This document shows, piece by piece, positions 55,826 to 64,000 of a stretch of 64,000 bases of DNA (position 1 is the first letter of the stretch; every line of letters begins with the position of its first letter). The stretch is taken from assembly GCA_964016885.1 (NCBI GenBank), contig OZ024755.1, positions 34,720,001 to 34,784,000 of the forward strand, in the 5' to 3' direction. Source of the DNA: Eledone cirrhosa (lineage: Eukaryota). Below the pieces are notes generated by a model. It saw only the letters and a list, made by a program, of their open reading frames with translations. It did no database searches and was not told the origin of the DNA. The translations under genes and the position numbers were made by a program.

Positions 55826-57071
55826 ATATACAGTGGATTGGCAGTATCGATAGAGGGTCGGACGCCATGCTTTGCAGCAAAGAGTTACGGCCCTTTATGG
55901 TATGAGTTCAAATCCCGCTGAGGTTAACTTTGCCTTTCATCCGTACGGGGTCGATAACATAAAGTACCAGTAATTGCTGGCCTTGTGCCCAAAGTAGAAA
56001 CAATTATATATATATATGTATATATACATACATCATGATCATCAAAAACGTCTGCTTTTCCACACTAATATGGTTTAGACGAGTTTGTCCCATTATGAGA
56101 AAAGCCAGATCAATGACTGTCCCTTGTTCTAACAGAACTGTTTCTGACTTGGTTTCTATGGCTGGATGCCAACCATATTTACAGTTCATACTGGCACCAA
56201 AATGACAACTTTGCAATGTAGGCTGAGTGCTTTTTGCCATGACACCAATATAACTTTGATAGGCCATATCTAACGTAATAACACCACCATCATCATCATC
56301 ATCATCATCATCAACGTTTAACGTCCGTGTTCCACGCTTGCATGGGTTTGGACGGGGGTAGTCCCACTTGAGGCAAGAGTGATTGTCTTGCTCGCATAGG
56401 ACTGTCTGGCAGGTTTTCTACAGTTGGATGCCCTTCCTAACACCAACCACATTTACAGTGTGGGTCTGGGAGGTTTTTACAGTGTTGCCTACACGGCCAC
56501 ATTACAGCGTGGACTGTGTGTTTTTTTGTCGTGACACCTACACGATAAATATATATATGTATTTCTACGATAAATCTATTCATTCATTCATTTCATTTTA
56601 CATCCGCTTTTCCCTGCTTGCAAGGGTGGGACGGGAACTGATGCTGGCTTGTTTTCTACAGCTGGATGCCCTTCCTAACACCAACCTCATTTACAGTGAG
56701 TGCTGGGTGCTTTTTTGCCGTGGCACCTCCACGACCACTTTGCAGTGAAATAAAGTGTCTTGCTCAAGGAAACAACACATCACCCGGTCTGAGAATTGAA
56801 CTCACAACATCTCGATTGCAAGGCCAATGCTCTAACCACTAAGCCATGTGCCTCCATATATATATGTGCCTCTATATATAGTACATATACAATATGGAGG
56901 TTACCAACATTATGTACATATTATACACATATATAAGCCTTCATTCAAACTACATTCCTCTGGAGAAAGTTCTATTTAGCTTGAAACTGAAAGATGTGGG
57001 AATGTAATATTATTTATTTACTATATTTTAACAAATATATATTGCATATATATACACGCACCTACATATTT

Positions 57072-57110
<39 letters not shown>

Positions 57111-57736
57111 TACACACCCATATATATATATACACACACCCATATATATATATACACACCCATATATTTATACATTTGTAAAATTGAAGCAGAAACAACT
57201 TTATTTTAATTAAGATGTATGTTATAAGAAACCTGAAAACCTTAAAACAATGCGCCAGCCTGTTCAATCTAACACATACACACCCAAGTCCATTATCTAT
57301 ATACAAAACCACTGTCTCCACCAAAAAGTGAAAAGAAAAATTTTTTTTAAATACAAGAAAAGGAAAAAAAAATTCTCAAAACATTGCTTTTGGTTTAATA
57401 TTCTTTTTTCAGTTGAGTTATCAAAATTAAACATTGATGCTGTAAAACATATTTATATTTATTTATCTACTTATATATACATTCTTTGATTTTCTTCACT
57501 TGTTAAACATACATAACTTACTGTATAAGATAAACAAAAACAAATATATATATAAACATACATACACACATATATACTTAAATACATACATATATACATA
57601 TATATATTATATATATGCATACACACATACATATATATATATATATTATATATATGCATACACACATACATATATATATATATATTATATATATGCATAC
57701 ATACATACATATATATATATATGTATTATATATATG

Positions 57737-57794
<58 letters not shown>

Positions 57795-57903
57795 GCATAC
57801 ATACATACACATATATATAAATAAATATATATATATATAAATGTAAGTATGCATACTTACATTTCTGTATCAGCTGTGCTAGAGCGAGAAATAAAATTCT
57901 AAT

Positions 57904-57961
<58 letters not shown>

Positions 57962-59864
57962 TATATCATCACCATCATCATCTTCGTTTACGTTCATCTT
58001 CCACGCTAGCATGGTTTAGATGGGTTGTCCTGTTGTGAGCAGTGTCTGGTCGGCTGACCTTGTCTTGCTCATACGGGAACTGATTCTGGCTTGATTTCTA
58101 CAGCTGGATGCCCTTCCTAACACCAACCTCATTTACAGTGAGTGCTGGGTGCTTTTTTGTGGCGCCTACACGTCCACTTTACAGTGTGGGCTGGATGCTT
58201 TTTTGCCGTGGCACCTCCACGACCACCTTGCAGTGGGGGGTGTGGGGGCATATTGTCTATATGCTTCAGCTTGTACCCATGGGAGGTCGGGTACTCTGTA
58301 TTACTGCGTGACGCCAGAGGTCACGGTCGTGTGTCATATTACTGCGTGACGCCAGTATATATATATATACATACATGAAGGCTTCAAACTTACGCTACAG
58401 GCATTGCAATTGCTTGTCAAATTCACATGTGTGACACTCGAACATGGCTTTCAAGCCTGCTAGAGACTTGCACTGTTTGGCACATTGACAACAACTGTGG
58501 ATCTCCTTGGCATCAGGTTGTCTGTGAACCTTCAGTTCTGCTACAGATGGAGATACTTTGCCACATACATATATAGATAAATTATGTTCGGTTTCCAGCC
58601 TAGATATAGAACACAGACATTCGATACATGTGCATGTATATAAAAATCCTACATTCACATTACATACATAAATTCTCACACATACACGTGTGTATACATG
58701 TCTGAGGAAAACCAATCAACCAAGTCAGTCAACCAACAATTTCTTTAGTGTTAATGCCACAATAAATGCACCCAGGACACTCTGTAAAATAGGGGAAGGG
58801 CATTTAAAAGTCCCAAAAAGGAATAGGTAGATTCATCAGTTGTGTCTCCGACATGACTGCAATTCTAGTGCTGGGGTCATGAAAAAAACACCCAGGGCAC
58901 TCTGTAAAGGGGTTAGGGTTAGGGGAAGGGTATCCGCCTGTAGAAATCATGCGTGTAACCAGAATGTAGTCCTCGGATCATTTGAAAGGATGGAAGCTCT
59001 GATTCAATGCTTAATTGGACAGTGACACCCGATCGCAGCATGTCAGTATAGAAAGCAAAAGGAACATTAAATGATACTGCTGTGGATACATCGATCTATC
59101 TATCTTTATATGTACTAGCAGAACTAGAAAGAAAGGGTCTCAACCTGACAAAGACTAAGGTCCTTGTAAGTAGATGAGAAAACAGAACCCAGATCCCCTC
59201 AGCGAAATAGCCTTGCTCAGTATGTAGGAAAGGTGTAGGTAGAACTCCATCCTCTACCCCACAAGAGATGTAGTGGGATCTCAGGGAGTTTAACCAAGAA
59301 TGTAGGCTTCACATGTAGCAGCTGCGCTGGGACAACAAGCAGCAAGCGGCCACAGAAGTGAATCTTTAAATAAAAAAAATATATTTAATCAACAGCCTCG
59401 AAATTTAGTAGATAAATTATGTAATATTCATTCATTATTTATGGATTGGCAGTATTGGTAGAGCGTCGGATGCCATGCTTTGACGCATAGAGTTACAGCC
59501 CTTGCCATTCTGAGTTCAAATCCCTCCGAGGTTAACTTTGCCTTTCATCCATCCTTACGGGGTCGATAAAATAAAATACTAGTAATACACTGGGATAATT
59601 GCTGGCCTTGTGCCAAAAGTAGAAACAATTATTTATTCAAAGTAATCCAACTTATTTTACTAATGGGATAAAAAATTATAAACCGTACGCAGTCCCGCGC
59701 TCCTTATTTGTTATAGTTTAGGTATGTATCATCATCATCATCATCATCATCGTTTAACGTCCGTGTTCCACGCTTGCATGGGTTTGGACGGGTATGTATA
59801 TGTGTGTATATGTATATTTATATATATATATGTAGTTTTGTAATAAACAACATAAGGTAATTAT

Positions 59865-59923
59865 TTCATTTACCAGTGGTTTCTTGAAAGCAAACAAATT
59901 TTGCTTTCAATCATCAGAATGAA
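59865..59923 (-). ncRNA. Type I HHR, same family as 44980-45040
   Basis: ttcatt-CTGATGA-ttgaaagcaaa..tttgctttcaa-GAAA-ccactgg-TA-aatgaa. Confidence 0.88.
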
Positions 59924-60069
59924 AAAATCCTGGTGTATTTATTGACATTGGATTTTAAAAACCCACATATATACATATGTATGTAAAAGGTAAACAGAAA
60001 TAACAAGACAATCGGTACAGAATATGGAAGGAATAAATTAGGTTAACGCTTGAAATAGCAGGAAGAGGG

Positions 60070-60105
60070 TCTTAACGTTTCGGACGCAAGTCCTTCATCA
60101 GAAGA
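60070..60105 (-). ncRNA. Ultra-minimal type I HHR
   Basis: tctt-CTGATGA-aggacttgcgtcc-GAAA-cg-TT-aaga. Confidence 0.8.
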
Positions 60106-60296
60106 AAGAATGAGAAATAAGATAGATTGACGAGACGGGCATGGTGGAATTGGAAAAAATGACTTTAGATAAAAATAACAGGTACATTCATGTTGACATC
60201 CCTTGGAATATATATATATGTGTGTGTGTGTGCGCGCGTGTGTGTGGTGTGTGTGTGGTGTGTGTGTGGTGTGTGTGTGGTGTGTGTGGTGTGTGT

Positions 60297-60383
<87 letters not shown>

Positions 60384-60636
60384 GGTAAACAGAAATAACA
60401 ACATAAACAGTACAGTATATGGAAAGAATGTATTAGTTTAATGCTTGAAATACATATATAAATAGATAAATAAATGCCATTGTTTAATAATAACTAAATC
60501 AACTAATACCTTAACACTTCACACAAAGTAAAACATTTCGTTTTAATCATTTTCTAACACAGAAAAAAGAGAGAGAGAGAAACAAAAAAGGAATAAAATA
60601 TATTTTTCTTCCTAATAATCGTCTGTTTCTCCCCGT

Positions 60637-60679
<43 letters not shown>

Positions 60680-61347
60680 TATATATATACACATATGCAT
60701 ATATATTCATATATATGTGTGTGTGTGTGTATATATACACACACAAACACATACATATATACACACATATACATACATACACACATATACATTCATACAT
60801 AAAAGTGAAAAGCAGAAAAACTGTAATATATGCAAATTTTCATACTCAGAAGTTTTATCCAATTTTCATAGATTTTCTATTCTGCTCAAAACTGGATATT
60901 CAATTCTTCTATGTATGCTTTTTCCATTTTGTATGAAATTTATTTTATATTTGATATGTGTAAATAATGAAAAATATCACACTATGAATATTGTAACTAT
61001 ATTAATATATTGTATCTTCCCAATTCTTATAAATACATATTTATTGAAAAAATAAAAATATGCAATCAAGTTAGTTTTACTTATGTATATATACATATAT
61101 ACATACTTATGTATATACACACATACATATGTGTGTATACATATGTATATATATTTACACACATACATGTGTGTGTATATGTGTGTATGTATATATATGT
61201 GTGTGTGTGTGTGTATTATATATATGTATATATATGTATATGGAATATGCTTCAAATAATCCCGGTTGGAGCTGTATATATGTATATGTGCGTATGTAAT
61301 TGTATATATCTATATATATGTGTGTGTGTATATATATATATATACAC

Positions 61348-61846
61348 ACTCCCTGCGTACGAAAGGCCGGTTGTATGATGCCTGTGTGAGGAGCGCGATG
61401 CTGCATGGTAGTGAGACATGGGCAGCAACCGCAGAGGATATGCGACGGCTGGAGAGAAATGAGGCAAGCATGCTCCATTGGATGTGCAGTGTAAATGTGC
61501 GTGAACGACCCAGCATGAATGTGTTGAGAGAGAAACGTTGTCTGAGAGGGATAGAATGTAGTGTGCGAGAGAGGAGACTGAGGTGGTATGGACATGTGAT
61601 CCGCATGGAGGATGACCGATGGGTGAAGATGTGCCAGGAAATGCCAGTTGAAGGAAGACGTGGTAGAGGTAGACCACGAAAAACATGGGCGGAGGTGGTG
61701 AGAACAGACCTCAGATCATTGAAGCTCACGGTGGAGATGACGAAGGACCGTGACGAGTGGAGAGATGCTGTGCTGAATAAGACCCGTCCCACCCTTGCAA
61801 GCAGGGAAAAGCGGACGTAAAATGATGATGATGATGATGATGATGA
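61348..61846 (+). mobile_element. RTE LINE 3' end with (GAT)n tail
   Basis: GRLYDACVRSAMLHGSETW..RRLRWYGHV..GRPRKTW. Confidence 0.93.
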
Positions 61847-61868
61847 TATATATATATATATATATATA

Positions 61869-62088
61869 GTGGTAGAACACTGGAAGGTAATATCCGTAGT
61901 GGTAGAGCACTCAGTCCATGGGACGAGTTAGGTAGAAGTGGTTACACAAGCGTTAGTTCACTATACCGAGAACAATTTTACGATGGCTTTCCAGTTCCAT
62001 ATAACCATGTCCATTACGAGCTGAGGATCCGCTAAGGTGAAACAATTGTTCTCGGTATGGTGAACTAACTCTTGTGTAACCACCTCTA
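61869..62088. mobile_element. PLE end: tail, short inverted arm and HHR 62017-62054 (+)
   Basis: cgag-CTGAGGA-tccgctaaggt-GAAA-caattg-TT-ctcg; arms 61933-61977 / 62044-62088. Confidence 0.82.
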
Positions 62089-62475
62089 TATATATATCAT
62101 CATCATCATCACCATCATTTTTACGTCCGCTTTTCCCTGCTTGCAAGGGTGGGACGGGAACTGATTCTGGCTTGATTTCTACAGCTGGATGCCCTTCCTA
62201 ACACCAACCTCATTTATAGTGAGTGCTGGGTGCTTTTTTGCCGTGGCACCTCCACGACCACTTTGCAGTGGAATGATAGGGACCCCAGTCCCTATCATCT
62301 CATTTCTACAGCTGAGTAAACTGGAGCAACGTGAAATAAAGTGTCTTGCTCAAGGAAACAACACATCACCCGGTCTGAGAATTGAACTCACAACCTTTCG
62401 ATTGCAAGGCTAATGCTCTAACCACTAAGCTATATATATATATATATGCCGAAGTAGAATTTTAATATTCATTTT

Positions 62476-62580
62476 TATTCAGGTTAAAAAGTGAGTTGTG
62501 TTACTCTAGACTTTCGGCTGTATATCACTGATAAACTGGTGAAACTCCTGAGTAACAACACTCACTTTTTAGCCTGAATA
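62476..62580. repeat. Older imperfect palindrome with the 3' half of an HHR
   Basis: ~40-bp arms; GAAA-ctcctgag-TA; no CTGANGA. Confidence 0.5.
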
Positions 62581-62610
62581 TAAATAAATAAATAAATAAA
62601 TAAACATATA

Positions 62611-62988
62611 CAATTGTCCCCCAGTATTCATGGGGGTTACATTCCTAGAGAAACCGTGAAGAGTGGAAAACAATGAATATTGGACGTGGTCCATAAAAAT
62701 GCCCATAAACATCAAAATATAACGTAAAATATAATAAAAAATGAGGGAGTGTCTTATGCGAAGGGACGGCTAATAGGTTGGCAATTATGGTATATTGTTA
62801 TTAATAATTTAGTGTTAAAAAAACCTATATTGCCATGAAAAAAGCCATAACAAAAGATCGGGGAAGATAATTAAAATGCTGCGAATATGCGGTGGTTTCC
62901 ACAAACTATTATTAGTTAGGGTCTGAGGAAAATTCTGTGAAGAGGCAGGACCGCCAATGTTGGGATCTTGAATGCTGAGGGTACACTG
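62611..62988. mobile_element. Tigger/pogo-type MITE
   Basis: Imperfect TIRs caattgtcccccagtattca / tgaatgctgagggtacactg; related end at 22083. Confidence 0.55.
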
Positions 62989-63404
62989 TGTGTATATATA
63001 TATATATATGTTTATATATCATCATCATTTTATGTCCACTTTTCCCTGCCTGCAAGGGTGGGATGGGAACTGATTCTGGCTTCATTTCTACAGCTGGATG
63101 CCCTTTACAGTGAGTGCTGTGTGCTTTTTTTCTGCGGCACCTACACATCCACTTTACAGGGTGGGCTCGGTGCTTTCTTGCCGTGGCACCCCCACAACCA
63201 CTTTACAGTGGAATGATAGGGACTCCGGACCCCAGTCCCTATCATCTCATTTCTACAGCTGAGTAAACTGGAGCAATGTGAAATAATGTGTCTTGCTCAA
63301 GTAAACAACACATCACCCGGCCTGAGAATTGAACTCACAACCTTTCGATTGCAAGCCCAATGCTCTAACCACCAAGCCATGCGCCTTCACTATATATATA
63401 TATA

Positions 63405-63519
63405 ATTTATTAAAATAACAGATTAAAGTTTAAGCAAAGAATCGCTGCTTTCACCCTTAACGGGATCGTTAAGGGTGAAAGCAGCGATTCTTTGCTTAAA
63501 CTTTAATCTGTTATTTTAA

Positions 63520-63524
<5 letters not shown>
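63405..63524. mobile_element. Perfect 58-bp-arm palindrome from the 949-999 HHR family
   Basis: Arms 63405-63462 / 63467-63524 in (TA)n. Confidence 0.75.
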
Positions 63525-63559
<35 letters not shown>

Positions 63560-63903
63560 AATATGACGCGTTTCGCACCTTGCCGACAGACAACCTTTCC
63601 CCCACCCCGGAAAAAACCCCCAATTGATGGATCTGAATCCGAAATATATAGGGACAATTAAATCTCTCCCAAGGTAACTCTCTCTCGTGTTCTTATTTTT
63701 ATTTTATCCTTTATACTCTTTCCTTCATTCTTCTACACGTCTTATACACGCCACGCATCTCAACGTACACCCACTTACATCTCCCTCTCCACCACCGGAT
63801 CTTGTTACCCGGAGATTTACCCATTTGCATTGTCGAGGCTTCCAAACGACTTAAAGATATTTACCTATTATTCCACAATGCTTCAAGCAAACTTCAATAC
63901 TCT

Positions 63904-63943
<40 letters not shown>

Positions 63944-64000
63944 CTGTGTCACTATCTTTCTCTTATTGTCTTCCACTTTCTCTTCCCTCTCCTCACTCTT

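Noticed and set aside
56951-57006. HHR-like CTGGAGA-aagttctatttagctt-GAAA with tacattcc/ggaatgta flanks
   Set aside because: Core substitution and no NUH in register; at best a dead relic
58395-58570. C2H2 zinc-finger gene
   Set aside because: Fingers incomplete (CKSLAGLKAM); likely a LINE-derived relic, too short to call
63562-63655. GAAACGCGTC on minus strand and ggatctgaatccGAAAtataTAggg on plus strand
   Set aside because: Only 3' halves of an HHR; no CTGANGA

Overview
AT-rich, microsatellite-saturated animal genomic DNA, most likely an octopus or other coleoid cephalopod (inferred from the SINE/RTE repertoire and (TA)n density). No intact host protein-coding gene is supportable; most ORF-track entries are translated microsatellites. 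The window is a patchwork of decayed retroelements (RTE, CR1-like, Tx1/L1, R4-like, Ty3/Gypsy, Penelope-like), two tRNA-derived SINE families and MITEs. The most striking signal is RNA-structural. (1) A young tandem array of ~474-bp non-coding units (52430-55088) each carries a minimal type I hammerhead ribozyme (HHR). The forward array starts at the predicted self-cleavage site and is preceded by an inverted copy, as expected for a retrozyme-like element. (2) About a dozen short, often palindromic, Penelope-like end fragments sit in (TA)n and carry HHRs from roughly nine unrelated families; one is linked to a GIY-YIG endonuclease relic. (3) These unrelated families share a bulged 3'-tail stem-loop (ACUC-stem-bulge-GAGUGCU) with a covarying inner stem. 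Separately, a Gypsy LTR-gag-protease relic is fused in frame to an intronless maelstrom-like (piRNA pathway) fragment that a SINE later split. All calls were made by eye, without database searches or folding software.
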